Below are positions 26,468-39,100 of a stretch of DNA of 64,000 nucleotides, one piece after another; the stretch's first letter is position 1, and each line of letters starts with the position of its first letter. Position numbers and translations under genes: made by a program. The DNA is from Octopus vulgaris (taxonomy: Eukaryota): assembly GCA_951406725.2 (NCBI GenBank), contig OX597820.1:3534001-3598000 (forward strand), read 5' to 3'. The notes beneath the pieces are model-generated. The model worked only from the letters and a program-made list of their open reading frames with translations, was not told the origin of the DNA and did no database searches.

Positions 26468-28799
26468 TCCTAACCACTAAGCCACACTCCTTTACTTTTC
26501 TGCAATGATGTTAATCCTAACTTGTGAAGGCATGTGGCTCAGTGGTTAGGGTGTTCAGCTCACAATTGTAAGGTCGTGAGTTCAATTCCTGGTGGGACGC
26601 TGTGTCCTTGAGCAAGACACTTTACTTCATGTTGCTCCAATCCACTCAGCTGGCAAATATGAGTAGTACCTGTATTTCTAAGGGGTCAGACTTGTCACAC
26701 TCTGTGTCCCGCTGAATCTCCCTGAGAACTACATTAAGGGCATGTGTGTGTTATTTGAGTACTCAGCCACTTGCACCCTAATTTCACAAGCAAGGTGTTC
26801 CATTGGTTGTATCAACTGAGACCCTCATTGTCGTCACTGACGGAATGCTCCTTTTAATACCACCTTAGCTCTCTCTTAACAATGCAGAGGGCAACTCTTC
26901 TTTCAAAGAAACCATCTATAACCAAACCCAGAGATGCAGTAATTCTAAACGAACAATTCACTGACATGGTTTCTCCCCCAATGGCATTCTTTAACAGATC
27001 TGTCCCCTTTATTCCATAAATCTCTCATCTGGCAGAAACCACATCCCATCAACAGTACTCCCCCACCACTCCTAGTTGTGAAGTTTTTGTTTTTGCAAGG
27101 TACTTGATGGCACTGTCAGTGCTGGTGCCACATAAAAAACACCCAGAACACTCTGAAAAGTGGTTGACATTAGGAAGGGTATCCAGCCAGATAAACCATG
27201 CAAAGAGACAATGGAGCAGCCTTCTGTGGATCCTGGCTTTGCTAGCTCCTGTTAAACTCTCCAACCCATGCCAGCATGGACAACGGATGCTAAATGATGA
27301 TGAGGATAACGAATGAAATGTTTCAGTAGTTACAAGTTTCAGCTGTTCACATTTGTAACCATTAAATATTCTTTATAAATCTAGATTGGTTAGAAAAGAA
27401 GTTATTTTCTTTTTTACTTTACCACAATTAACTCTTTAACTGTGAAAGGAAATTTCATGGTTATTCCAGTAATGATGTTAAATATTTACCAAAAATAGAA
27501 ATGGCATCTTCTGCAAGTCACGCTGCCTCAGCAAACTTAAAATATTTCAATAGAAAATAGTTCCAAACACGACATTCTTCAACAAATAGATTCCTATCTA
27601 AAAACTGCTTTCTGCAGTTAAGGGCGATTAAATGTTTGAGTGGATATATCTGATTTCTCCAGTAAAGGGACTCGTAGAAAGTTTGGAGATTGGTTCCTAG
27701 AATATGGTAGCAGGAACTTAAAAGACAGCTTTTGAAATGAACAAGTGCTAATAATAATTCTTTCTAATCTTGAAAGGAGTGGAGGAGGGGGCACTGATTA
27801 CATCAACCCCTGTATTTGACTGGTACTTTATTTTATTGACCTTCAAAGGATGAAAAGCAAAGTTGACCTCAGTGGAATTTGAACTCAGAATATGAAAAGT
27901 CAGAAGAAATACTAAAAAAAAACATTCTTTCTGCTGTTCTAAGCAATTCCAGCAGACCACTGCCTTCAAGCACTAATAATAATAATAATTATTATTATTA
28001 TTAAATAAATAAATAAATATTAATCTACTTTCAAGATTTTAACTTCATTTTCTTTGACTCTAACAATTATGAGACACCTTATGAAATCTGAGTCCCAGTG
28101 TGCCAAACCAGGGAGTAGAATCAGAAGTCAATATGAAAGTGAAGGGGCCTAGCTTAGGGGTTAGAGTGTTGCACTCACAATTGCAAAATCCGGATTTTGA
28201 TTCCTGGACCAGGTGCTGCTTTGTGTTCTTGAACAAAGCACTTCATTCACATTGCTTCAGTCCACTCGGCTGTAAAGGAGGAACCATGCAAGGGACTGGT
28301 GCCCTGTTCGAGTGAGGGGGGGGGGTCTCAGCCCCTTATACATCATGGAAACTGAATAACCAGCCTGAAGAGTCCAAAAACCCGAGACAGTAATGTTCAG
28401 AAATTAATGATGATGAGCATTGAAGGCTCCATCATAATCAAGTTCACTACTAAGTTTAATGATTTGAGCACTGAGCTCATAGTCATGACTTCCAGTTTTA
28501 TATGGTAGCTTCTAAACTGATTGAGCAATGGAGAAGCAAAGCACATATTGAAACACTAATGGGGATCCTGTCCATTCTAAGCAATTTTAAAGATTTACCC
28601 CATCTTTAACAACAAATAGTTTTCTAAATAGGATTCCTTACTATCTCTCTTTTCATAAACCTTCCTAATATCTACGTATATAATATCTCAACTCCCACAC
28701 ACTGTCTTCATCATTTTATACTGATATCGCACATCCTATCATATCAAACCATACACAGCTGCATTGTCAGTCTAACCCCAAGTTTGTCTATGTATATGT

Positions 28800-28846
<47 letters not shown>

Positions 28847-30098
28847 CACAAACTACAACCTAGTACAACAAATATAGATTATCACTCTACTCAAAGAAAT
28901 TAGCACCTGATTAGCTGTTATTGTTTTCACTATTAACAAAACAATGGAAGAAACTGCAGACAATCATGGCTGCAATAGGTGTGCAGTGGCCGATGCCTGC
29001 GCCGCCTTCACTGGCTTCTGTGTCGGTGGCACATAAAAACCACCAACCGATTGTGGCCGTTGCCAGCCTCCCCTGGCACCTGTAAAAAGCACCATCCGTA
29101 CGTGGTCAATGCCAGCGCCACCTTGACTGGCTTCCGTGCCGGTGGCACGTAAAAAGCACCAACCGATCGTGGCCATTGCCAGCCGCCCCTGGCACGTAAA
29201 AAGCACCCACTATACTCAGAGTGGTTGGCGTTAGGAAGGGCATCCAGCTGTAGAAACACTGCCAGATCAGACTGGAGCCTGGTGCAGCCTCCTGGCTTCC
29301 TGGGCCCTGGTCGAACCGTCCAACCCATGCTAGCACGGAAAACGGACGTTAAACGATGATGATGATGATGATGATACATATATATTCTTTTAAATGTTTG
29401 TCATTTGACTGCTGCCAGTCTCATTTGCTGAACCACTAAGTTATGAGGATGTAAACACACCAGCATCAGTTGTCAAGCAATGGTGGGGGAACTCACACAG
29501 ACACACAAATACATATATATATATAACAGGCTTCTTTCAGTTTCCATCTACCAAATCTACTCACAAGGCTCTGGTCAGCCCGAGGCTATAGTAGAGGACA
29601 ATTGTCCAAGGTACTATGCAGTAAGACTGAACCTGGAACCATGTGGTTGGGAACCAAGCTTACCACAGCCATTTCTGCATCTATTTATATATATATCATC
29701 GTCATCATATAGCATCCGCTTTCCATGCTGGGATGGGGTTAGACAGTTTGACTGGAAATGGTAAGCCAGAGAGCTGCACCAGGTTCCAGCCTGCTTTGGC
29801 ATGGTTTCTACAGCCGGATGCTCTTCCTAACGCCATCCACTTTACAAAGTGGCGTGCATATGTATGTGTATGTATATATATATATATACACAATATTTAT
29901 TATAATTATGACTATAATTATAATTAGGGTTAGGCAAAAAATTTGCTTCACCACACACCGAACTTTAGAAATAGCAGCCAAAGAACCTAGCTATTTTTTC
30001 TACTGTAAGAAACAACTCCCATCCCAGACAGTATATACTCAAAAACAATTCACGTAGGCAGAGAGGAAAAACAACGAAATTCACTCGGCATTTGATTA

Positions 30099-30183
30099 AC
30101 TGTGGACACGTTTCGGAATTAGATAGATATGGAAAATGCAAGAATCACATTTCCATTCTAATCATTTTCCTCTTCAGCTCAGT
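30099..30183 (-). ncRNA. Hammerhead motif with long stem II, sense to ATG13 pre-mRNA
   Basis: Minus strand: ACTGAG-CTGAAGA-GGA...ATTAGAATGGAAA...TTTCCAT...TCTAATTCC-GAAA-CGTG-TC-CACAGT; canonical core, GUC triplet, ACG(C>T)GT near-palindrome. Confidence 0.7.
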
Positions 30184-30511
30184 ATTTCAGGATTTAAATT
30201 TGAGGGCACTGAAAAAACTGAACATACCTACCTGACTCAAGTAACATCAGACAAACTATATCCAATGACCAGGACCGACGAATTCAAAACATACAAATGA
30301 GGTCCCGCATCCCCCACACATACACATTGTCAAGCAAAAAATTCTACAGAAAAAGCTGTAGTTTATTATCAGGGAGAGAATTATATTAATATATATATAT
30401 ATATATATATATATAACAGGAAGGTTTATGAAAATAAACAAAAGACGAAGGCAGGTGGAGTACAAACAAACAAATGTATTAGTATGGCGCTCAGGAATAG
30501 AAATAGTAAAG

Positions 30512-30549
30512 TCTTTTATGTTTCGAGCCAACGCTCTTCGACAGAAAGA
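30512..30549 (-). ncRNA. Variant hammerhead motif (CUGUCGA core) in a (TA)n-associated repeat at ~30415-30720
   Basis: Minus strand: TCTTT-CTGTCGA-A-GAGC-GTTG-GCTC-GAAA-CA-TA-AAAGA. Confidence 0.5.
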
Positions 30550-30843
30550 TACACAGAAAAAAACAAGGAGAGAAACAAGGAGAGAAAAAAAATGTGTGTA
30601 GGAGCTAACGATCTATCATGGCGTCCTGACTTTGGACAGTGGTCAGACGCTAGAGGGACAGTTGGGGAGATAACAGGGTCAAGTGACTTCCAAAACGAAG
30701 GTACCCCCAACACAAAGGTGCGTGTGTGTATATAAGAGAGTATGTATGTGTGTGTGAAAGAAGGCTGGTGGTCTGGACGTGTGTATGTATGTATGTGTGG
30801 GTGGTGTGTTGTGATGTGATATGTGTATGTATGTGTATATGTA

Positions 30844-30883
<40 letters not shown>

Positions 30884-31993
30884 TGTATATCATAATGTGG
30901 GTTGTAACATATTTACAACAGGCTTCTTTCAGTTTCTGTCTAGCAAAGCCACTGACAAGGTTTTGGTGAGCCCAAGGCTACAGTAGAAGACGTTTGCCCA
31001 AAGTGTCACGCAGTGGAACTAAATCCAGAACCGTGAGTTTGGGAACTTCTCAACCACAAGACACATCATAGATTGTAATGACTAAGAATGCTCATCAGAA
31101 ATGAATTGTTCCGGAGAATGTTATAAATGGAACATAAAACAAAGGCATAAGTTTTATTTAGTGACACAAGAAATTTATCAACCTGTAATTCTGAAATAAA
31201 TTTACCGTTACAAACCAGACCAACAAGAAACAAACAAAAAAAAATACAAAATTAAGATATCTGAAGTCATAAATATAGAAAGAAAAAAAAAAACAACAAC
31301 TAAAAATAACCAAGCAATAAGGCGTGGCTGCATAGTAAGAAGCTTATTTCACAACCACATGGTGCCGGGTTCAGTCCTGCTGCGTGGTACCTTGAGCGAG
31401 TGTTTGCTACTATAACCTCAGGCTGACCAAAACTTTGTGAGTGGATTTCATTGATGGAAACTGATAGAAACCCATCGTGTGTGTGTGTATGTATCATCAT
31501 CATCATCATCGTGTAGCGTCCGTTTTCCATGCTAGCATGGGTTGGACAGTTCAACCGGGGTCTGGGAAGCCAGGAGGCTGCACCAGGCTCCAGTCTGATC
31601 TGGCAGTGTTTCTACAGCTGGATGCCCTTCCTAACGCCAACCACTCCATGAGTGTAGTGGGTACTTTTTACATGCCACCAGCACAGGTGCCAGGGGAGGC
31701 TGGCAACGGCCATGGTCGGATTGGTGCTTTTTACGTGCCACCAGCACAGGTGCCAGGGGAGGCTGGTAACGGCCATGTTGGTTGGTGCTTTTTATGTGCC
31801 ACAAGCACAGGTGCCAGGGGAGGCTGGTAACGGTCATGATCGGTTGGTGCTTTTTATGTGCCACGTGCTTGTGTGTACATCTTTTTGTTTGTCCTCCACC
31901 ATCATTTGACAACTGTTGTTGGTGCGTTTATATTGCTGTAACTTAGTGGTTTGTCAAAAGAGACTGATAGAATAAGCACCTGGCTTAAAAAAA

Positions 31994-32079
31994 TAAGTAC
32001 TGGGGCCTGATAAATCTGACCAAAGTTTCTTCAAAGCTTTGAAAAAACTTTGGTCAGATGTACCAGGCCCCAGTACTTA
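31994..32079. repeat. Spacer-less 86-bp palindrome
   Basis: 43-nt arms with 3 mismatches, centred on AAG|CTT. Confidence 0.92.
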
Positions 32080-32267
32080 AATATATACACACACACGACA
32101 GGCTTCTTTCAGTTTCCAACTAACAAATCCGCTCACAAAATGCTTTGGTCAACCTGGGGTTAAAGTAGAAGACACTTGCCCAAGGTGCCATGCAGTGGGA
32201 CTGAACCCAGGACCATATGTTTGGGAAGCTAGAATCTTAAGCAGATCTGTGCCTTCTCTTACTCTCT

Positions 32268-32467
32268 CTCTTTTACTCTTTTACTTGTTTCAGTCATTTG
32301 ACTGCGGCCATGCTGGAGCACCGCCTTTAGTCGAGCAACTCGAACCCGGGACTTATTCTTTTTGTAAGCTCAGTACTTATTCTATCGGTCTCTTTTTGCC
32401 GAACCGCTAAGTGATGGGGACGTAAACACACCAGCATCGGTTGTCAAGCAAACACAGACACAGACAG

Positions 32468-32527
<60 letters not shown>

Positions 32528-32689
32528 GACAGGCTTCTTTCAGTTTCCGTCTACCAAATCCACTCACAAGGCATTGGTCGGCCCGGGGCTATAGCAGAAG
32601 ACACTTGCCCAAGATGCCATGCAGTGGGACTGAACCCGGAACCATGTGGTTGGTTAGCAAGCTACTTACCACACAGCCACTCCTGCGCC
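32268..32689 (-). mobile_element. SINE family 1, young subfamily copy
   Basis: Full length; diagnostic AAGGCATTGG and GCAGAAGACACTTGCCCAAGATGCC. Confidence 0.85.
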
Positions 32690-33128
32690 TTTGTTGACAT
32701 AAATTGTGAAACACCATGTACAAACATCCATCATCATTTCAAATACAAACAAGGTGGCTTAACATCATCCTCATTTGGTGTCTGCTTTCCATGCTGGCAT
32801 GGGTTGGATTGGTCAACAGGACCCAAAGAGCTGCAGGGCTGGGTCAAGCTCCATCGTCTGCTTTCACATGGTATCTACAGTTGGATGCCCTTTATAATGC
32901 CAACCACTTTACAACATGTGCTGGGGGGGGGGGGCATTTTTCATGGCACCAACACTATTGAGGTCAACAAGAAACTCACAAGACAACACAAAAGGACACT
33001 AGACTGAGTGGGGGGGGGTGAGGGAGAGGTGGCTTTATGGCAAGTATTATGGGGGAGGGGACACGCAGGAGTCTTATTATAAAGGAGAAACATGGCTGCC
33101 TCACATTATATAAGGGTAGGTTCTGCAA

Positions 33129-33360
33129 GGCGGCGAGCTGGCAGAATCGTTAGCACGTTGGGCGAAATGCGTAGCCGTATTTCGTCTGCCGTTACGTTCT
33201 GAGTTCAAATTCCGCCGAGGTCGACTTTGCCTTTCATCCTTTAGAGGTCGATAAAATTAAGTACCAGTTACGCACTGGGGGTCGATGTAATCGACTTAAT
33301 CCGTTTGTCTGTCCTTGTTTGTCCCTTCTATGTTTAGCCCCTTGTGGGTAATAAAGAAAC
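33129..33360 (+). mobile_element. SINE family 2 (GGCGGCGAGCTGGCAGAATCGTTAG head); representative copy
   Basis: A/B-box-like motifs (GAGTTCAAATTCC). Other copies at ~2842-3048(+), 11890-12040(+), 18655-18840(+), 27775-27965(-), 41840-42000(+), 43800-43995(-), 44263-44470(+), 49835-50045(-). Confidence 0.85.
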
Positions 33361-33619
33361 ATATATAAGGGTAGGTGGGAGTGGCTGGAAAGAAGGTAGA
33401 GATGTTGGTGATAAGATGCTGGAACATGTCAAGACACAAGAAAGAGGCCGGAGAGAGAGGAATGGGAGGGGTGGGTGGATAAGCCATAAGGGAGAGAGAA
33501 GAAGGCAACTGATGGCTGGTTGCTGATGGTGGTAGAATGATGAAGATGGATGGAGAGGGGTGATTGATGGTGAGAGGGAAGTTGAAAAAAATGGGACGGG
33601 TCTCAGGAAGGAGGAGGTA

Positions 33620-34823
33620 CAGGGTGTCAGTAAGGTATTTGAGAACATACCCTTTTTTGGGGTCATAGCTGCATTTTTTGCTAACTCTGTATAATCTTTG
33701 TTTCAGAAAATAATAATGGCAGACCCTCAGCTTACTCAAGAAACGAAGAGGTATGCTGTTATTGTGGTTATAAAGGCTGAGTATAGCGATTTGGAAATAT
33801 CTCGATTTTTAAAAGTTGCCAGATCTTTTGTCTACAAAGTTTGTAAGGATTTAGAGACTGAAGATGGAAACGTAGCACCAGTATCAAAGCATTCTAAACA
33901 CTCATCAGAACACCTCAATTTATCCCAGCAAGTTCAACAGATCATTGATTACAATTCCAGAAAGTCCATGAGGTCAATTGCAAAAGATCTCCATGTGACA
34001 GAAGGAACAGTCAGAAATGTTGTCCAAGAAGACATCAGATATAAGTCTTATGTGATGAGGAAAGGTCAATTTATGTCAGAAAAAGCAAAAGAAAATCTAA
34101 AAGAATCTTAAACAAACTGAAAAATCCAGCAGAAGAAGATTTGATTTGGTTTTTCTCAAACGAGAAAAACTTCGACCAAGATCAAAAAGTTAACAGAAGA
34201 AATGACAGATGGTTATATGAAGACCCTTCTGAAGTTCCAAGTGTTATGCATACAAAATATCCTGCAACTGCCATGGTTTTAGGGGTTGTCAGCAATGAAG
34301 GACATGTGATGCCTCCTTACTTCTTTCCACAAGGCCTTTGAGTTAACCCTGTCGCCTACATTGAGGTCCTGGAAATATTTGTTAACCCCTGGATAGACAG
34401 TGTATTCAATGGAAGGCCATATATGTTTCAGTTAGACTCTGCACTATCAGACACATGGCTCTAGTAACACAGGAATGAATGGCTGAAAATTTTCATGATC
34501 ACATAACCCCTAACATTTGGCCTCCTGATTCCCCAGACCTCAAACCATTCACCTATAATTACATGTGGAGCATTGTTGAGAGAAAGGTCACACGCCCGTA
34601 AAACCAAAGATTCTATGAAAGCTGCCATAGTCAGAGTAATACCCAAAATGAACCAGGACCACTTGATCTGAGCTGAAGCTGAAGGTGGCTTTACCGAATA
34701 ACATTCTAGAAAAGAAGGTTCATTTTTATCCTCATAACATTTTTTTATAAATAGAGTTATTATCTGTTATTATATCTGTTTTTTTATAAACATAAATCTG
34801 TCCTCAATATCTTGTGCACCCTG
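33620..34823 (+). mobile_element. Defective Tc1/mariner-superfamily DNA transposon, DD37D/maT type
   Basis: TA flanks both ends (33618-19, 34824-25). Imperfect TIRs begin CAGGGTG. Broken transposase: HTH SRKSMRSIAKDLHVTEGTVR, FFSNEKNF, MVLGVVSNEG, FQLDSA, WPPDSPDLKPFTY. Repairing one frameshift gives 37 residues between the D2 and D3 positions. D1 is mutated to N, D3 to T, and there are several stops. Confidence 0.9.
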
Positions 34824-35528
34824 TAATAAGCAGCAGTAGTATAATAAAACTTGTAGACAGATCATAGAAAAAGGGAGACGGGGGGGGGAGTGACAGAAAT
34901 GAAAGTTAGAGGTATGTAGGGGGTGGCTGTAGTAAGTGGGGGTGTCAAGGATGATAGTAGATATAAAGAGGTGCTAAAAATGAGGTATGGCAATCCAAAG
35001 ATGTAACTTGAGGGAGAGGGAGTGATCCCTGGAGGAAGAGAAAGGTGTGATCAGGACAGAATAAAGTGAGAGGAGGGTAGGATTTTAAAAGGAAATAGTT
35101 CCAGGGAGAAGAGAAGGGGGTAACTGGTAGCACGAAAGGGAATGAAACATGTAAACATTCAGCTCTCAAATGATTATAAAAACCAAAAACTGCTGTTGCT
35201 AGAAGAGAGGTGAGATAGGTTTTAGGAAGTTGAGAGATGGAAAAAGCTTTGAGAGGAGCAAATAAGGTACTGGGACAGGAGCAAAAAAGGTACTGGGCAG
35301 TACCCAGTGAGTGGATAACCACAAACAATGTCTTCTCCTACACAGCAAATGACCAGTCTGCTCAGGCCTTTAGCACCTCCTCTGCAGGGATCAACATCTT
35401 GAGATCAACCACATTGGTAAGACCCATGTTAATTCATTCTTTTCCAGTTTAATCCAATAGAACACGAAGTTAAATAAACATAGATTTAAATCTAAATTTG
35501 ATATCAGTAAAAATAAAACAGTCTTTAC

Positions 35529-36103
35529 CTTCTGTGCCCCGGATGGCACGGCCGAGGAGCTGTGCTTTTACGAGGACTCCCAGTTTCAGCTTTGTAATGG
35601 TCATCTTTCATTTCAATAGCAATCTGTTTTGTGGTTTTATGCTGAGAAATCTGCATATTTGTTCGATAATCAACAATAATGGACATAATCCCCATTGACG
35701 TTGGAAATCGTCCTGCTTTTAACCTTTGATGATCTGGTCCCAGTTCATGCAACTGAGGTGTGCCATAGTATATCTTGTAACATATAATGTAATTATCAGG
35801 GCCTTGCTTTCGAGATAATGTGTAACCAGGAGTGATTCGGGAAGTGTAGATTAACGACCGCAAGGCTAGACACATCTTTGAATAAAGGACATGTGGTACT
35901 CTGTTTTCCCGATCCTGGTTCTCTTTATTGTCACTGGACATCTTCAGACCCATGTGCCATGTTTCCAAAACCATAGAATCCCCTTCGGTGGTTTTAAGAG
36001 AAATTTCAACACACACAGTTTGTCCCGAGAGAGGTTGATAACCAGTTGTAAAACTTCGAGCGTGTCGATTCAATTCTGGCACATCTTTCAAAGTGGGAGA
36101 AAA
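35529..36103 (-). CDS. ATG13: ATG13 coding exon 2 (HORMA domain body)
   Basis: Acceptor tctctttcag|TTT. FSPTLKDVPE...CVEISLKTTEGDSMVLETW...SRITPGYTLSRKQG...IKDDHY-like (MKDDHY)...PRPCHPGHR matches ATG13 HORMA motifs (CVEISLKTSEGDSMELEIW, RVTPAYRLSRKQG). Donor AG|GTAAAG; 575 nt; phase 0->2. Confidence 0.96.
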
Positions 36104-39100
36104 CTGAAAGAGACAAGAATGGTGAAGCATTGTTAGGCATTGCCAAAAAGTTATAAAGTAACAGATTCTTTAAAATAGGAAACAGGAAAATAGCAACATT
36201 TCGTTCCAACTAATTCTTCATCCTCATCCATTCCTATAATCTACCCAACAGCGTATCATCTCTCTTTCATTCTTTTCTTTACAGCATCATCATTTTTATT
36301 CTGTTGCTCTCCTTTCTCACTCACTCCTGCTCCCTCTCATTCTCACCTACCACGTACCTTAAAGTTCCACCCTGACCAACTCATCACCACCATTTTTTAG
36401 AGCTTTCCACTCACACCCACCCTCTCTTCCAAACTCTGAATAGTCATGGAAGCTCCTCCTCTACAGTACGAATCCTTCTCTGCTCTGGTCCTTTCCCTCA
36501 TACTTTATCCCACTATACTCCTCATCCCCTTGCATAAAGTCACTCCCCCTTGGGGTTCATAACCTTGCAATTTACACAGTGACCTTATTAGTGCTGCTGC
36601 CACAATAAACAAGCACCCAGCTATAAAGTGGGTGGCATTAAAAAGAGCATTTAGGTTAGTGGTGGTTCGTAGATAAAACTAGTGGGGTTGCAGCTTCAGA
36701 AAATTCTTAGTCGTTATTTTAATATTGTGTAAAAGGAAAGAAACATATAATAAAAAGAAAATTTATACATAAACTTGATTGGTTCGCGTTTTAGCCACTG
36801 CCGAGTAGTGTGTTTAATTTGTTCACCGAACACCACTGCGAATTTCCCCTTGTTTTTCAAAAATCCCCCCTAAATCACAAAATAAGGGGGTAAAAATCGG
36901 CCCTATTTTTCAAATCCTGGCAGTAACACTGTTGCTGGAAACAGGATAATTATCAAATTCTACACTTTATCACATACAAGAATATAAACACGTTTTTAAG
37001 CACAACACACGTGAACAACAGTGCTCTCTCTCCCTAGTGTGAAGCTTCCTATCTTGGACATGTGAGCATGCACACAACAGCCAAACACTGCATTGCTGGA
37101 ACTGTGAAGCGCACAGTTCTATACAAGGATTTTTGCATTTTCTTCATAAACTAGGACATGGCTACTGACATTAAGTTTAAGGATTACATAATGTACAAGT
37201 ATAAAGAAAGAATTAAAGAAAAAAAAGGACTCATTATATTGAATGTTATCAATAATATCGAGTGGAAATAGGGGGGGTGCTGCAGTTCAGCAGTGCCTAT
37301 ACACGAGCTGTCACTGATCCAGGTATAGAAACCATGCCATTGGAGCATGATGCAATCCTTGGGTCCATTGGATCCTGTCAAACCAGTCGATTCATGCTAG
37401 CATTGGAACAGGGATGTGAAATGACGAAGATCAAATAAAAAAACAATTCTATGACAGATTCTCTTGAGAAAGGTGTTTAACAACATTGGTAGATTTTACA
37501 AAGATTTTTTCTCCCTTTTTTGAAGTTGTCACATGTATTTTAATACACACTTAAGCCTTCAGTATTCAAACTGGCCATGTTGGGCTTCTCACACCAACCC
37601 TACAATGCCATTCCAATAATAAACAATCATACCATCAAAATCCCAAAGCTATGAGATAATGCATGATTAATTCAAAATAACGTGGATAAATAAACATTAC
37701 GTTTGTCAGAAATTTAAATGCTAAAGGGTGAAATATCATTAACAGGGAAAGAGTCGACTTATATCCCTTCAATTTTATAGCATTGCGCATCTGATAAAAA
37801 TTATTGTAAAGGAGACCTATGTGAAAGTATTGACCCATTTTAACCCAGGTTTTTAATTTTATGATTTCTGTCGAAATTTCGAAGACAGTTACCTAAATAA
37901 GGATAACGAACATACGGAAGCGTCCAGTTAACTTTTATTGCAGTAAATAAACCAAATACAATGGTTAAATAAACACAAGCACTTATTTTGCGAGCAGTTA
38001 ACCTTCATTGCAGTAAATAAACCAAGTACAACTGTCCTCAAACGAGGACAGTGGGTTAATATGGGTTAAGATGTTTCGTACATCTTCTTTATATGTACCA
38101 AAAGTAGAGAGAATTCTTCAGAGTTTACATTATAGAAGATTTTTAATGGACACTTGATTCTTCTCTGAAGAAAGAGAATAGTGAAATGCTTGTAAAACGA
38201 ACCATTCTGTTTGTCAACTTCTTCCAATGCATATAAACAAGACCATCTTAACCCCATTAAATTGCACCGAAGAGTAGTAATTGCACCTTATCCAAAGGTA
38301 AAAAGCCTGGCACCAGAAAATGAAATAAAATGCTGCAGACGTTTCTAAGCCTGTCTTTGGAGATTTATTCTATTTCTCTCTCTCCGAAGTCCGAGCACCA
38401 TCAACATCTCAAAATAGTCAATAAATTCAGCCACATGTTTGACAGGATCTTGTGAGGCGTTACAACTACATTTGAAGGCAGAACTAAGCTTATAAACAGA
38501 TTTTCACCAGAACAAGTCACACGATTTGTACATGGCTTTAATAATCAGTAGAGCCATACATATATAAGCACCTACGTGTGTGTGTGTGTGTGTTTCAAGA
38601 CATGTTTGTATTTACTAATTTAACATAATTGTAATTTAGCATTATTATTAAAATACTTATAGTAATATATTTATTAAAATTATTAAAATATTATTAAAAT
38701 ATATACGATTGCATGCTGTTAATTTAGTTTAATTATCATTGTTATAGTACAATATAATTGTGGTGCACTTCTATGGCAATTAATATATATTAATTAATTA
38801 CAACATATTGAATTCAGCTTTCCCCAATAATTTCTCGTTCCATCCATCTCCATCTTCCTCTCTTTATCTCCCATCGCACTTTATACTCAACACTGGGCAG
38901 GTTGTCGAGACAATTAAAAGAAAATGCACTCGCTTTACGTGCACACATCGATCTTTACAGTTGCTATTATTGATTTGTAACATAAGCACAAAGCCTAGAA
39001 TTCGGAGGATGGGTTAGTGTTGGATTAAATCGACACCAGTTTCTCAGAAAACTGGTAATTTATCAACCCTGGGAAGGAGGAAAAGTAAAACCAGCGTCGA

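Noticed and set aside
34945-35452. 127-aa minus ORF next to ATG13 exon 2
   Set aside because: No recognisable motifs or good splice sites; probably old LINE debris.
38060-38520. Possible decayed transposase remnant (HVAEFIDYFE...) on the minus strand
   Set aside because: Too short and degenerate to assign without a profile search.
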